Source of the DNA: a bacterium
GTDB taxonomy: Bacteria; UBA8248
Length of the DNA: 64,000 nucleotides
NCBI GenBank assembly: GCA_965219955.1
Contig: OZ244799.1
Coordinates: 3,520,001-3,584,000 of the forward strand
Reading direction: 5' to 3'
The notes beneath the pieces are model-generated. The model worked only from the letters and a program-made list of their open reading frames with translations. It did not search any database and had not been told where the DNA came from. Within the stretch, counting starts at the first letter, position 1; each line of letters starts with the position of its first letter. Below are positions 51,695-62,072 of this stretch, piece by piece. A program made the position numbers and the translations under genes.

Positions 51695-52522
51695 TCAATA
51701 TGTTCTTTTCGCGTTTGGATAAAAAAGCTGTTTTCCCATGAGTCGAAAATCCCGGATGATTCTTTGTCCCTGAACGGAAGTAAGAAAATCGATATATTTC
51801 ACCGCCAAGCCGAACTTCACATGGGGATGACGCTTTGGATTGACGGCGATCACGCTGTAAGGGTTGTGCAAGGGTTTTCCCCTTGGTCCTTGAATCTTGA
51901 GGGAAATCTTTGCTTTGGCGACCAGGGCGATGTACGTACCCCTGTCTGTAAGCGTGTATCCACTTTTTTCGTCCGCAGCCATCAGCGTTCTGCCCATTCC
52001 CTGACCCAATGCCCGATACCAGGAACCAAACAGGCTAACGCCGGCATCTTTCCAAAGCTGCAATTCCTTTTTGTGTGTTCCAGAATCATCTCCCCTGCTG
52101 AACCAAAGGCTTTTCTGATTTTTTATTCGGAGCATCGCCTCAGATACGTCGATTGTTTTTAACACTCCGGCAGGATCCGATGCCGGGCCCACGATCACAA
52201 AGTCGTTATACATGACGGCTCTTCTGCGGGTACCGTAGCCCCTGGCCACGAACAAATCTTCCGCTTTCCTCGCATGGACGAGCACAACGTCCACATCGCC
52301 ATTTTGCCCCAGGCGCAAAGCCTTCCCCGTTCCTACAGATATGGTGTGCACGAAAACACCATGTCTTTTCTCAAATACCGGATGTAATTTCTTGAGCAAA
52401 CCGGAATTCTCGGTACTCGTCGTAGTAGCAAGTTTCAGGCGATCCAGTGCAGAAGAGTGGGTCCAAAATCCCAAAACCAATAAAAGGGCCAGAAATAACC
52501 GCGAGAGAAAACACCGCGTCAT
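51695..52522 (-). CDS. tupA: Tungstate ABC transporter substrate-binding protein
   Basis: TTTS motif (ATTTSTENSGLL), GTGKAL, SRGDDSGTH; signal peptide from ATG 52522. Confidence 0.92.
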   Translation of the reverse strand: MTRCFLSRLFLALLLVLGFWTHSSALDRLKLATTTSTENSGLLKKLHPVFEKRHGVFVHTISVGTGKALRLGQNGDVDVVLVHARKAEDLFVARGYGTRRRAVMYNDFVIVGPASDPAGVLKTIDVSEAMLRIKNQKSLWFSRGDDSGTHKKELQLWKDAGVSLFGSWYRALGQGMGRTLMAADEKSGYTLTDRGTYIALVAKAKISLKIQGPRGKPLHNPYSVIAVNPKRHPHVKFGLAVKYIDFLTSVQGQRIIRDFRLMGKQLFYPNAKRTY

Positions 52523-52532
52523 TGGAATGTAT

Positions 52533-52856
52533 TTATACTCTTGGTTGTTCTGAAGGTTTGATTGGAGGCGCACAATCCAGGATTTGAAGATTGATTTCAC
52601 GAGAGAGTGCCTCAAGAAGCGTCTTTGTCTCGACTTCATCGTCAACGGTTGAGGTCAACCGTGCCAGAGACATGGGTTCGCCGTGTTCGTTTTTTTCGGC
52701 GCAAGCATGAAACGTCTGGTAGTACCCTAAATCGTCATAACCTTCCAATATCGCTTGCAGGTAATTTTGCCGTGATGTCGGCACACACAACCACCAGATG
52801 AGGGAACCATCGTAAGATTCTGGGCTGAGTCTCTTTGCGTTGCGAACGGAGGTCAT
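52533..52856 (-). CDS. Small hypothetical protein, DUF4911-like
   Basis: VPTSRQNYLQAILEGYDDLG pattern; overlaps the upstream stop (ATGA). Confidence 0.55.
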   Translation of the reverse strand: MTSVRNAKRLSPESYDGSLIWWLCVPTSRQNYLQAILEGYDDLGYYQTFHACAEKNEHGEPMSLARLTSTVDDEVETKTLLEALSREINLQILDCAPPIKPSEQPRV

Positions 52857-53257
52857 TCGCTCATTTGAATTCGACTCGCTGCTTGCCGAATGTACTCTGG
52901 CATTTCTTTCACAAACAAAGATCGGGGCACCACCTTGTCAAAACCGTCTTGCGACGCTGATTTGAGCAATTCCGGCTCGGTATGCTTGCCCCAAGCGATA
53001 GTGTACGCGTCTTTGCTTTTGGGGCTGGCTTTTAGCTTTTTGACGAGCTTGCCCGCTCTTTCACCACCTAGCTTGTGGTGATGCAAATCAGACATGAATA
53101 ATGTGGCGCGATATTTTTTGAGAGCTTCCTCGAATTTCTCCTCTGAATCGATGAACTCCAATCTGACGCGCCGGGATATCCCTGCTTCCCGAATGCCCGC
53201 GGAGAACATCAAGTCAGAGCAAACGACAAAAACCCTTTTGTCCTCTTCTCCCATCAT
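52853..53257 (-). CDS. Degenerate receiver-domain-like protein
   Basis: VFVVCSDLMF, LFMSDLH, IAWGKH..GFDKVVPRS alternating beta/alpha pattern; coupled by 4-nt overlaps. Confidence 0.55.
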   Translation of the reverse strand: MMGEEDKRVFVVCSDLMFSAGIREAGISRRVRLEFIDSEEKFEEALKKYRATLFMSDLHHHKLGGERAGKLVKKLKASPKSKDAYTIAWGKHTEPELLKSASQDGFDKVVPRSLFVKEMPEYIRQAASRIQMSE

Positions 53258-53649
53258 GAGTCGCTTTTCTTCTCATGCAAAAATTCGTTTTTGGGCTCAC
53301 CCAGATAGCCGGGCAGGTAGTCGATGCGTCCCGAAGACAATACTTCAATGTATTTCGCACCCTCTGATCCCACGCCCGTTGCGCTATGGAACACACCGCC
53401 CGGAATGGAGGCAAAATCACCGGGCTCGAGCCATTCCTCGACCCCATCGATGTGCATTTTCAGTTTACCTTCCAGCACGACGATAAACTGATCTTCGGTG
53501 TGGCGATGAATCGTGCTCTCATCGAACAGCGTATCGGGAGCTATTTCGCCGCGCTGCATCGTCAACCCATCCAACGCGGCTGCACGGCGCATGGTTCCCT
53601 TGCGAAGGTTTTGAGTTTTGGGAATATCTTCCCAGCGATGAAAACCCAA
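53254..53649 (-). CDS. Cupin domain protein
   Basis: HRHTEDQFIVVLEG..IPGGVFHSA; TTG 53649 inferred. Confidence 0.8.
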   Translation of the reverse strand: MGFHRWEDIPKTQNLRKGTMRRAAALDGLTMQRGEIAPDTLFDESTIHRHTEDQFIVVLEGKLKMHIDGVEEWLEPGDFASIPGGVFHSATGVGSEGAKYIEVLSSGRIDYLPGYLGEPKNEFLHEKKSDS

Positions 53650-53712
53650 TTTTTTGTCCCTTCTCTGCCAACCCCTTGGACAACTGGTAAGCAACGGGTG
53701 AGGGAAAAGTCG

Positions 53713-55119
53713 TTACACTTCCACTTTCTCGCCCAAAAGATCGATAAGACCATGGATATTATCGAGCGTATCGATTTTATAGAGCATCGCCTCAATCAAG
53801 GCGATCTGATCGCCCTCGTACACCAAACTGGTGCATTCCGTGAATTTCTCATAAAGCTCCTCACGATCCATGGGTCGCTGAGGAGTGCCGCGTGAGATTT
53901 CAGACATTTTTTCGTATACGGTACCGTCTTCAAGCTCTATCGCCACCTTGCCGCGAATGAGCGCGTAACCCTGCGCTTCGATTTCATCGTCCATGAAGGG
54001 ATTCACCTTTTTCATCATTTCTACGACATCGGGGCGCTTTACGACTTCGTCTTTGTATTGAGCGATGCCGGCCGCGCGCTCGAGCAGCAAGATGCCGAAA
54101 CCGAATTGCAGGGAGAATTTCGCCTCCAGCTCGTTCTGCGGTTCCTTGTAGCGGAGTGGCTCCAGTACGCGCGAGGTGGTGCCGAAGCGCAACTCTTTCA
54201 CCTGGTCGGGTTTGATGTCGTTTTCCAAGATCAGATCCCTGGCGGCATCCATAGCGGGGTGCGCAAGGGAACCGCAAGGGTAGGGTTTAATCGACACGCC
54301 CGGGTCCACCGCCGACCAGGCGTTACCGAGTTTCCCGACGATGTAATCTTTATCGCAGCCGCCACCCATAATCTGGAAAAATCCCCACTGCCCATCAAAT
54401 ACCGTGGGGTCCGAAGTGTAGCCACCCGACGCCAGTCTTGCCGCCACGACGCCGTTCTCTGCCGCTCGGCCGCAATGGTAGGGCTTCGTCATCGTTCCAA
54501 AATTCGCACGCAGACCAGCGCTTTCCGAGCAAACGATGCCGTAACACATGCGCAACTGGTGTTCATCCAACCCCATCAACTTCGCCGCGGCGGTCGCCGC
54601 CCCGATGGCGCCGATAGTCCCCGTGGAGTGAAATCCTTTGACGTAATGATCCGGCCGAATCGCCTCCGCCACCTTGCATTCCACTTCGAAGCCCAGCGCA
54701 AATGCAGTGAGCAACTCCTGTCCCGTTGCGCCCAGCGCCTCGGCCAGGGCCAGCGCAGCGGGCATCACCGGACATGTGGGGTGAGTCAACAGGCCATACA
54801 CGCGATCCGGATAGCTGCTCAGCTGCGTATCGTCATAATCCATTGCGTGGCCGGCGATGCCATTGGCCAAAGAAGCGAGATGCGCGGGCACCGTCATTTC
54901 AGTTCCGATGACGCGCGCCTCGGGTTCTCCTCCGATTTCCCTGAGGTAGTTTTGGATGATATGGCCACTTTCTTCCGTGGAACCCGCAACCATCAGGCCG
55001 ATTCCATCCACGAAACATCGGCGCATGATTACTCTTACGTCTTCAGGAATGTCTTCGTACTCCGTATTCAAGACAAATTCGACGACGGCATCTGTGATGA
55101 GAGAATCTGAATCGTTCAT
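53713..55119 (-). CDS. MmgE/PrpD family protein
   Basis: GHAMDYDD, HP, GFHSTG, GTMTKPYHCG, KPYPCG; ATG 55119. Confidence 0.92.
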   Translation of the reverse strand: MNDSDSLITDAVVEFVLNTEYEDIPEDVRVIMRRCFVDGIGLMVAGSTEESGHIIQNYLREIGGEPEARVIGTEMTVPAHLASLANGIAGHAMDYDDTQLSSYPDRVYGLLTHPTCPVMPAALALAEALGATGQELLTAFALGFEVECKVAEAIRPDHYVKGFHSTGTIGAIGAATAAAKLMGLDEHQLRMCYGIVCSESAGLRANFGTMTKPYHCGRAAENGVVAARLASGGYTSDPTVFDGQWGFFQIMGGGCDKDYIVGKLGNAWSAVDPGVSIKPYPCGSLAHPAMDAARDLILENDIKPDQVKELRFGTTSRVLEPLRYKEPQNELEAKFSLQFGFGILLLERAAGIAQYKDEVVKRPDVVEMMKKVNPFMDDEIEAQGYALIRGKVAIELEDGTVYEKMSEISRGTPQRPMDREELYEKFTECTSLVYEGDQIALIEAMLYKIDTLDNIHGLIDLLGEKVEV

Positions 55120-55153
55120 AACCTCACCTTTCTGTAAAATCTTTGACAATCGA

Positions 55154-55348
55154 TCAGTTGTTTTTCTGTTCCACCCCTTTGGACGCAGGATTCTGTGGAA
55201 CAGTTATCAGTTTCATCCGGGGTTTCGGGCAAAAATATCCGGTTAATGATGGAAAAATCGACGCATTCGAGCAGATCCCACTTAGCGCAAAAATGAAAAG
55301 TCCAGACAAAAGCAATGTGCCCAACAGCCAAATCACACCACGGGTCAT
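55154..55348 (-). CDS. Small hypothetical membrane protein
   Basis: 64 aa with an N-terminal hydrophobic helix, GAGGA upstream, co-oriented with the PrpD-like gene. Confidence 0.4.
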   Translation of the reverse strand: MTRGVIWLLGTLLLSGLFIFALSGICSNASIFPSLTGYFCPKPRMKLITVPQNPASKGVEQKNN

Positions 55349-55812
55349 GATGGATTCCTCAAATCATCCCGGCTTCTCAAGCAAAACGACTACAAGTGAA
55401 GGAGGCGCGTTGAACTTTGGCTCATACAAATAAAAAAACTAGTCGTCTCGCTCGGCGACCCGCGATTCGAACTACTGTACAGGGAGACGATTCCGATGCC
55501 CTGCGTCTTCAATGACCCAAAACAGAAATTACAGGTACGAAACCTAACAAAAACTATACTCCCCGGCAAGGAATAATCATCTTTTTCCGTATTTCCATTT
55601 TACTTATTTCCTGAAGACTGGAATAATAAGATGAGAAGGGGGTAGGAGATTCCATGTTCCGAATCATGTATTATTCATCAGGAGTCGAACTGTTGATTTA
55701 ACGAGGTTTATTATTTTTTGCTTCAGCTTGTGATTTTTTGCGCAAGCGAACAACTGGCTGATCTGGTAGAAATGAACGTATCTTGATGACATCCAAATTA
55801 GTGGAGTTTCAA

Positions 55813-56925
55813 ATGATTTTAGATATTGAAGCTGGTGACATCCTTCCTGCAAAAGATGCCATCGCTTTGATGGACCAAGCTGACCTCGGACCTTCCATTG
55901 ATGTTCCTGAAATCCCCGCAAACGCTCATCCCGAGAACATCACGGAAGAGGAAAGAGAATTTCTACAAGGTGAGGTCAGGCGCCTCAAGAAAGAGAGAAA
56001 CGCTCTCATCCTGGCGCATAATTACGTACCGAGAGATATCCAGGACGTATCCGATGTCATCGGCGATTCATTGTTTTTAGCCCAGCAAGGCGCCGCCTCG
56101 GACGCCGACTATCTTGTCGAACCTTCCGTGTTATTCATGAATCAGATTTTAGCTGCGCTCAAGAAACCCCATCAAACCGTTTTGGCCCCCAGCCTCGATG
56201 CACTCTGCTCTTTGGCCGCTCATGCGGATGTCGTTAAAATTCAAGATTGGAAAAAAGCGCACCCGGACGGAATCGTCATCAGTTACGTAAACACATATCT
56301 CGAGGTAAAAGCCGAGAGCGATTACTGTTGCGCGTCCGCCAACGCTGGCAAGGTCACCCTCCACATCTTGGAAAACTCCAGGCCCGAGCAGCCCATTTTA
56401 TTTTTGCCCGACGTCTTTCTGGGTTTCTACGCGGCCAAGCTACTGGAGAGCAAAGGACATTCTCTGGAGCGCCTCCATCTCATGATGGGCGCGTGTCACG
56501 TACATGAAAGGATTCGCCCGCATCACGTCATGGAGCAGCAACAACTACACCCCGAAGCTATCACCGTGGTTCACCCCGAGTGTGGATGCACCAGCGCCTG
56601 TATGCGTCAGGTGAACGACGGCATCGTGCCTGAAGACATGCTCCAGTTCCGGTCCACCCAGGGTATGATCAAGTTGGTGGAGGAAGTCCCGCACTCGGAA
56701 GTCATCGTGGCTACCGAGGTCGGAAACCTCCACCCCATGTCCAAGGCGGTTCCTGACAAAACCCTGATTCCCGCGAGCCGTGAAGCGCTTTGCGCTTACA
56801 TGAAACAAAACACGCTGCAAAACCTGTATGAATGCCTGCGGGATCTGAAACATGAAATTACCGTGGACCCGGAACTGGCTCGGCGCGCGCGAATACCCAT
56901 CGAGCGTATGCTCGAAATCGTATAA
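55813..56925 (+). CDS. nadA: Quinolinate synthase
   Basis: ILAHNY, GDSL, three Fe-S Cys (LCSLA, ACHVH, LCAYMK), YVNT, HPEC; ATG 55813 after GGAG. Confidence 0.93.
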   Translation: MILDIEAGDILPAKDAIALMDQADLGPSIDVPEIPANAHPENITEEEREFLQGEVRRLKKERNALILAHNYVPRDIQDVSDVIGDSLFLAQQGAASDADYLVEPSVLFMNQILAALKKPHQTVLAPSLDALCSLAAHADVVKIQDWKKAHPDGIVISYVNTYLEVKAESDYCCASANAGKVTLHILENSRPEQPILFLPDVFLGFYAAKLLESKGHSLERLHLMMGACHVHERIRPHHVMEQQQLHPEAITVVHPECGCTSACMRQVNDGIVPEDMLQFRSTQGMIKLVEEVPHSEVIVATEVGNLHPMSKAVPDKTLIPASREALCAYMKQNTLQNLYECLRDLKHEITVDPELARRARIPIERMLEIV

Positions 56926-56943
56926 AACCAAACACCGCTAGAT

Positions 56944-57828
56944 ATGGATATCCGCTCTAAAGTCCGCGAATGGCTCCTGGAAGATTTTGGGGGCGCTCCC
57001 CTCCAGTACGATGCCGAAAAAGATCCCTTGTGTGTGGCGGAGTTGCGCACGAAAAGCGATGCCATTCTCGCGGGTTCCCCGTTTATCCTTCCCGTCTTAG
57101 AGGAAACCCAAAACCTTTTGGCTCTCGGGAAAAGCAACCCACCCGAAGTCAAATGGCAAAAAGATGAAAAAGCCAGAATTTCCAAAGGCGAACTTCTGGC
57201 GCACGTTTCCGGTCATACCCAGACCATCCTGAAAGCGGAACGCACCGCTCTCAATCTTATTTCGCATATCTCGGAAATCGCCACGCACACGGCAAGTACA
57301 TTGGCCCGTTTCGGGGACTTCCCCGAAACTCTCAAGGGGATCATCGATACCAGGAAGAATCGGCCAGGCTTGCGCTATTTTGAAAAATACGCGGTTCGCG
57401 CAGGTGGTGGTCAAAATCACCGCTTGGGTTTTTTTGACGGGGAGATGATAAAGGACAACGACATCGTTGCCGCCGGTTCCATCCCCGCCGCCATCGACAG
57501 ACAATTCGGCAGCCGCTACATGACGGAAACTCAAATCGAAGTGCAAAATCTGGCCCAACTGGAAGAAGTCATCGAAGACGGCCGAGTGCACATGATTTTG
57601 CTCGACAACATGAACATAGAAACACTTCAAAAAGCCGTTGCCCACGCCAGGAAAGTCGGGGTCGCTTTCAAAACGCAAAAACCCTATGAGATCGAGGCCT
57701 CCGGCATCGGTGACGGCGGTATCCGAAGCATAGCGGAGACAGGAGTAGACTACATCTCCACGAGTTCGCTCGTCCGCTCCGCCCCCCCGCTTGACTTTCA
57801 CATGAAGATCACAAAAGTGGATTTATGA
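56944..57828 (+). CDS. nadC: Quinolinate phosphoribosyltransferase
   Basis: AERTALN, DTRK, EKYAVRAGGGQNHR, IKDN, LLDNM, EASG, TGVDYIS. Confidence 0.93.
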   Translation: MDIRSKVREWLLEDFGGAPLQYDAEKDPLCVAELRTKSDAILAGSPFILPVLEETQNLLALGKSNPPEVKWQKDEKARISKGELLAHVSGHTQTILKAERTALNLISHISEIATHTASTLARFGDFPETLKGIIDTRKNRPGLRYFEKYAVRAGGGQNHRLGFFDGEMIKDNDIVAAGSIPAAIDRQFGSRYMTETQIEVQNLAQLEEVIEDGRVHMILLDNMNIETLQKAVAHARKVGVAFKTQKPYEIEASGIGDGGIRSIAETGVDYISTSSLVRSAPPLDFHMKITKVDL

Positions 57829-57899
57829 TACTCTTGAGGAACCGTTCTTGATAAGCGCTCAATAGCTTTTTTGTGATTTGCTCTCTTCCGAGGAAAATT

Positions 57900-58424
57900 A
57901 TGTCTTTAGAAGTCGATTCTAAAAGCGTGGATTACTACAAAGCCTCTGATGGGCGCATCATTGCCATTCACATCAAAGGAGATTTCAACGATTATTCTAA
58001 ATTTCCTCCTTATCTGGATACCGATGAAGCGAAAGAACACATCCGGACCGCATACGCCGGCCAGGACATCGAGGCGGAGCGCAACACCAAGGCACATATG
58101 ACGGATGATGACATACCCCTGCAAATCATCGTCTTGAACAGGCCCAAAGGCGCGATCACCAAAGCGCATTTTCACGTGGTGGAAGAGAGGACTACGAATA
58201 CTACGCGGCACCAAATTCTCTTGTGTCAACGCGGGAAAGTTCGGGTCGGCGTATTCACCAAGGAGGGGGAAAATCTAGGCGATGCGATCTTGAATCGCGA
58301 CGATCTCATCCTGATGTACGAAGGGCATGAAGTTGAATTCCTGGAAGATGATTCAAAGGTCATCGAAATCAAGGAAGGACCTTTCCCGGAAACAGACGAG
58401 CGGGACAAAGTCGACTTGAAGTAA
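57900..58424 (+). CDS. Cupin-fold hypothetical protein
   Basis: KAHFH, GHEVEFLED..IEIKEGPF...DK pattern; ATG 57900. Confidence 0.65.
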   Translation: MSLEVDSKSVDYYKASDGRIIAIHIKGDFNDYSKFPPYLDTDEAKEHIRTAYAGQDIEAERNTKAHMTDDDIPLQIIVLNRPKGAITKAHFHVVEERTTNTTRHQILLCQRGKVRVGVFTKEGENLGDAILNRDDLILMYEGHEVEFLEDDSKVIEIKEGPFPETDERDKVDLK

Positions 58425-58467
58425 ACAGATTTGGACACCATTCACCAAGTCAATCCGGAGAGAAACC

Positions 58468-59484
58468 ATGAAATTTTGCACCTTTGAAGTGCGAACACCT
58501 GTTGGCCCGTTCGAGCGTTTGGGCGCCGTTGTATCCGAAGGCGATAACCTCCGATACGTCGACCTCAACTTTGCAGCAGCGGCGGAATTCGAACAGCGTG
58601 GCTCCTCGCGCCCCCAAGCCATGGCGGATGCCCTCATTCCCTCCGATATGCTGGCCATCGCCGCATCGGGCAAAGGCGGCATCGAAGCCGCTGAAGAAGC
58701 GCTCGAATACGCACTCGAGAATGAAGACGCCGCCGGCCCTCGCGGGGAGCAAATCATATATGCGCCGAGCGAAGCCCGGCTGCTCGCTCCCATCAAACAA
58801 CCCCCGCTGATTCGCGGTTTTGCCGGTTTCGAACGCCATCTCAAAAAAACATTCGAGGTGATGAACCTTGAAATTCCCAAAATCTGGTACGAGCGTCCCC
58901 TTGCTTTCAAGGCGAGTTGCGCCCATATGGCCGGGCCCGAGGAGGAAGTCCCCTGGCCCAGCTTTACCGAGAAAATGGATTTCGAACTCGAATTCTGCTG
59001 TGTGATCGGCGTACCGGGGCGGGACATTTCAGAAGAAGATGCGCATGAACACATCTTCGGTTATGCAATACTAAACGACTGGAGCGCCCGGGACGCGCAG
59101 GGGGGCGAAATGGCGATGGGAACCGGGCCATACAAGAGCAAGGACTGGTGCTGGAGCCTTGGTCCCTGGATAGCCACACCCGATGAAGTCGGCGACCCGA
59201 AAAACATTCCCATGGCCGCGAGGGTCAACGGCGAAACGTGGGTGGAAACCACGCCCGGAGAGATGTACTGGACTTTCTCTCAAATCATCGCCTACACCGC
59301 CAGGGACGAGAACCTGGTCACGGGAGATCTGATGGGATCAGGCACCGTCCCCGGAGGATGCGGCATGGAAATGGAGCGCTGGATTCAACCAGGGGATGTC
59401 GTGGAAATTGACATGGGGCCGCTGGGAGTCATGAGAAACAAGGTCGGTCAAAAGCCGGAGCCCAAACCCTACACGTATAAATAA
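58468..59484 (+). CDS. Fumarylacetoacetate hydrolase family protein
   Basis: DFELE, GYAILNDWSARD, KSKD, GPWI, GDLMGSGT. Confidence 0.92.
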   Translation: MKFCTFEVRTPVGPFERLGAVVSEGDNLRYVDLNFAAAAEFEQRGSSRPQAMADALIPSDMLAIAASGKGGIEAAEEALEYALENEDAAGPRGEQIIYAPSEARLLAPIKQPPLIRGFAGFERHLKKTFEVMNLEIPKIWYERPLAFKASCAHMAGPEEEVPWPSFTEKMDFELEFCCVIGVPGRDISEEDAHEHIFGYAILNDWSARDAQGGEMAMGTGPYKSKDWCWSLGPWIATPDEVGDPKNIPMAARVNGETWVETTPGEMYWTFSQIIAYTARDENLVTGDLMGSGTVPGGCGMEMERWIQPGDVVEIDMGPLGVMRNKVGQKPEPKPYTYK

Positions 59485-59486
59485 TC

Positions 59487-61856
59487 TTACGATTTTTTTT
59501 CCTGGTCGCTTGCTTGTGGGTTCATGAGGTGAACGACTCTTTGCGGGAAGGGTATCTCGATGCCCTCCTCTCGAAGGCGGCGTTCAATCTCAAACCTCAA
59601 ATCACTCGCGACCCCCAGACGTCTCATCACGTCCGAAGTAAAACACCGCAGTTCGAAATCCAGACTGCTCGCGCCAAAATCTCGAAATACGACCGATGGA
59701 GCGGGGTCATCGAGCACCCTATCGTTCTTCTCGGCGATATCCAAGAGAATCTCCCGAACCTTTTCCACATCGGAACCATAAGCCACGCCCACTCCGACCT
59801 CCACGCGGCCATACCGATCCCGGTGCGTCAGGTTGGTCACCGAGGTCGAAATAATCTCCGCGTTCGGAATAATCACCGAAGCACGCTGCCACGTTTCCAG
59901 TTCCGTCGCGCGAAACTGTATTCTCTTCACGATGCCTTCATTGCTTCCCACGCAAACCCAATCGCCGACCTTGATGGGCCTTTCCACCAACAGTATCAAT
60001 CCCGAAATAAAGTTGTTCACCACGTTTTGCAGCCCGAAACCGATGCCCACCGAGAGGGCGCTGACAACCAAAGCAAGGTTGGAGAGATCGATTCCCGTCA
60101 CCGAAATGCTCAACAACGCCGCAACGATAACGCCCGCATAACCGAACCCTGCGTTCAGGGAGTGGCGTATGCCTGCAGGTAAATTCGTCTGCTTCAATAC
60201 CCGCTCGGACAACTGCCTTTGCAAAAACCTTGTTCCGGCCATGGCGGCCAAGAAGACGGCAATCGCCAGGAAAATATCGATTATGGAAATGCGGATGCTT
60301 CCCACCTGGAACCCGGACAGGGCTTGCAGCGTCCAGCGAATCAGATCGTCAGGGGGCACTCCCCAGACAGGCGCGATAATGAGGAGTCCGCAAAGGAAAA
60401 CAACAGGATCGACAATGACTCGCCACCAGGAACGGAATTTTTCGAGCATGCGGGAAGGAATGTGGAGCCTGTCTTGTATGGATTCGGATTCAGGCGACCA
60501 TGATACCAGTTCGCGCATGAAGCCACGCAATAGAACAACTACCCACAGCAAAAGGCCAGTCCAAATAAGGCTTGTGAGAAGCCGTTTGCCGAGAGCGCCA
60601 TATCCGACAAACAACGCCGCAATGCCGATTACCGCAAGCACTCTTGCCATGCGACGAATCAATCTCCAGGCCTGTTCACCCTGCTGGATTACGCCTTCCT
60701 GGGCCGCTTCGGCTCGCCAGAGTTTGCCCCGTCCGAGCCTGACGAAAAAACAACCCTCCAGTGCGCCGAACACCGCAGCGTATATGGACATCGCCTCTGC
60801 AGGCCTCACTCCTTCACCTTCAAGATTCGAGAAAAACATGTCGGCCGAAAAAACAGCCGCCAAAGCGAGGATCAAACGATAAGCGCTTTGCGCATTTTCG
60901 GAAGATTGTCCCGTGAACCGCCAATTCGGCTGCTTCGGGGAGAGAAAAGACTTCGCAAACGCAACAACCACATAAAAGAACAACATGGATAAAAGAAAAG
61001 ACGTGAGCGCTTCTTCAAAGAGACCGCTCACGAAAGCGCCTGGCCGAGTCACCCATATATAAAGGGCCGCTAAAACCGCTACCGGCAAAATGCTGTCGCC
61101 AACGCCATCTGCGATGGCGCAGCCAAACCTGCGCGCATACGAGAGCTCTGATAGCCCGTCATCACGACTGAAGACAGCTAAAACGCTCCGCCGTATTCCC
61201 CACCCTAAAACTACACCTAGAATCAAAACCACTATTCCGGGCAAAAACACTGTGGCGCCAACTACTCCGGGAGGTAGACTTGCGAACCAATCCCATGGAG
61301 AACGAACAATACGTCGAACTTCAACCGTAATTTCCGGAACACCCTTTGCGAGCACGCCCGGTGCGATGGGTATCGGCGTACGACGGTAAATCTCTCCCCA
61401 AAGCCGCCCGAATCTCTCTCGGGAGAAGGATTCTTCCAATTCCGCAGCATGAACGATGGCCAAGTCAGCCTCAGCGATGCGCGCTCGGGCAACTGTGACT
61501 TGACGATTGTATCGTTCTCTTCTGGCGGCTATCTCTCTCGCTTCCGGCGGGCCGTCCTTCGCGGGCGGAGGACCAATAGCCTTGAGCAGCTTTTCAGAAT
61601 GTTGGAGTGCTTGCTGGGCTCTTGTTTTGTCATCAAACGCCCGTGAACGGATTTGGCGCACCAGGGACAAATACCCTTGAGTAAGAGTTGGCGTTTTCTC
61701 GTCGCTTTGAAGGTATCTGGTCGCATCTCGTAAAACGATCGCCCAATCATTTGATTCTGTTGTTTCGCTTGAGGCAACATCCGCCGCATATGCCGGAGAT
61801 GAGAGAAAAAGCGAAATCACCAAAATGAAATAAAGACAAATCTTTTTGTGGCTCAT
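59487..61856 (-). CDS. Large mechanosensitive channel, MscS/MscK family
   Basis: Signal peptide, coiled-coil periplasmic part, multiple TMs, ALSVGIGFGLQN, ERPIKVGD, IEIPFPQR. Confidence 0.92.
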   Translation of the reverse strand: MSHKKICLYFILVISLFLSSPAYAADVASSETTESNDWAIVLRDATRYLQSDEKTPTLTQGYLSLVRQIRSRAFDDKTRAQQALQHSEKLLKAIGPPPAKDGPPEAREIAARRERYNRQVTVARARIAEADLAIVHAAELEESFSRERFGRLWGEIYRRTPIPIAPGVLAKGVPEITVEVRRIVRSPWDWFASLPPGVVGATVFLPGIVVLILGVVLGWGIRRSVLAVFSRDDGLSELSYARRFGCAIADGVGDSILPVAVLAALYIWVTRPGAFVSGLFEEALTSFLLSMLFFYVVVAFAKSFLSPKQPNWRFTGQSSENAQSAYRLILALAAVFSADMFFSNLEGEGVRPAEAMSIYAAVFGALEGCFFVRLGRGKLWRAEAAQEGVIQQGEQAWRLIRRMARVLAVIGIAALFVGYGALGKRLLTSLIWTGLLLWVVVLLRGFMRELVSWSPESESIQDRLHIPSRMLEKFRSWWRVIVDPVVFLCGLLIIAPVWGVPPDDLIRWTLQALSGFQVGSIRISIIDIFLAIAVFLAAMAGTRFLQRQLSERVLKQTNLPAGIRHSLNAGFGYAGVIVAALLSISVTGIDLSNLALVVSALSVGIGFGLQNVVNNFISGLILLVERPIKVGDWVCVGSNEGIVKRIQFRATELETWQRASVIIPNAEIISTSVTNLTHRDRYGRVEVGVGVAYGSDVEKVREILLDIAEKNDRVLDDPAPSVVFRDFGASSLDFELRCFTSDVMRRLGVASDLRFEIERRLREEGIEIPFPQRVVHLMNPQASDQEKKS

Positions 61857-62072
61857 GAGTTTCTCGCTTTCAACATCTTTTATGCCGGTCAGTTTCAAGG
61901 TGAAGAATCAATCCAACGTCGGATTGTCTCACCATATATTCATACCTACCACATACATATACTACCGCTTTTCAGCCCTGCGCGAGCGAGGGGTTGCCGT
62001 AACCTCATCGGCGCACCCACCATCGGTTGTCGTTGATCCCGGCATCCCATGCAAACCCCATTTTACTTAACA

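Noticed and set aside
55440-55495. GTTCGAATC on the minus strand suggesting a tRNA T-loop
   Set aside because: No T-stem pairing or cloverleaf
55349-55812. Possible NAD riboswitch or NrtR/NiaR site upstream of nadA
   Set aside because: No motif I can recognise; would need an Rfam or regulon scan
61960-62065. GC-rich hairpins upstream of the MscS gene as a possible riboswitch
   Set aside because: No match to c-di-AMP, c-di-GMP or other motifs I know; only short stems
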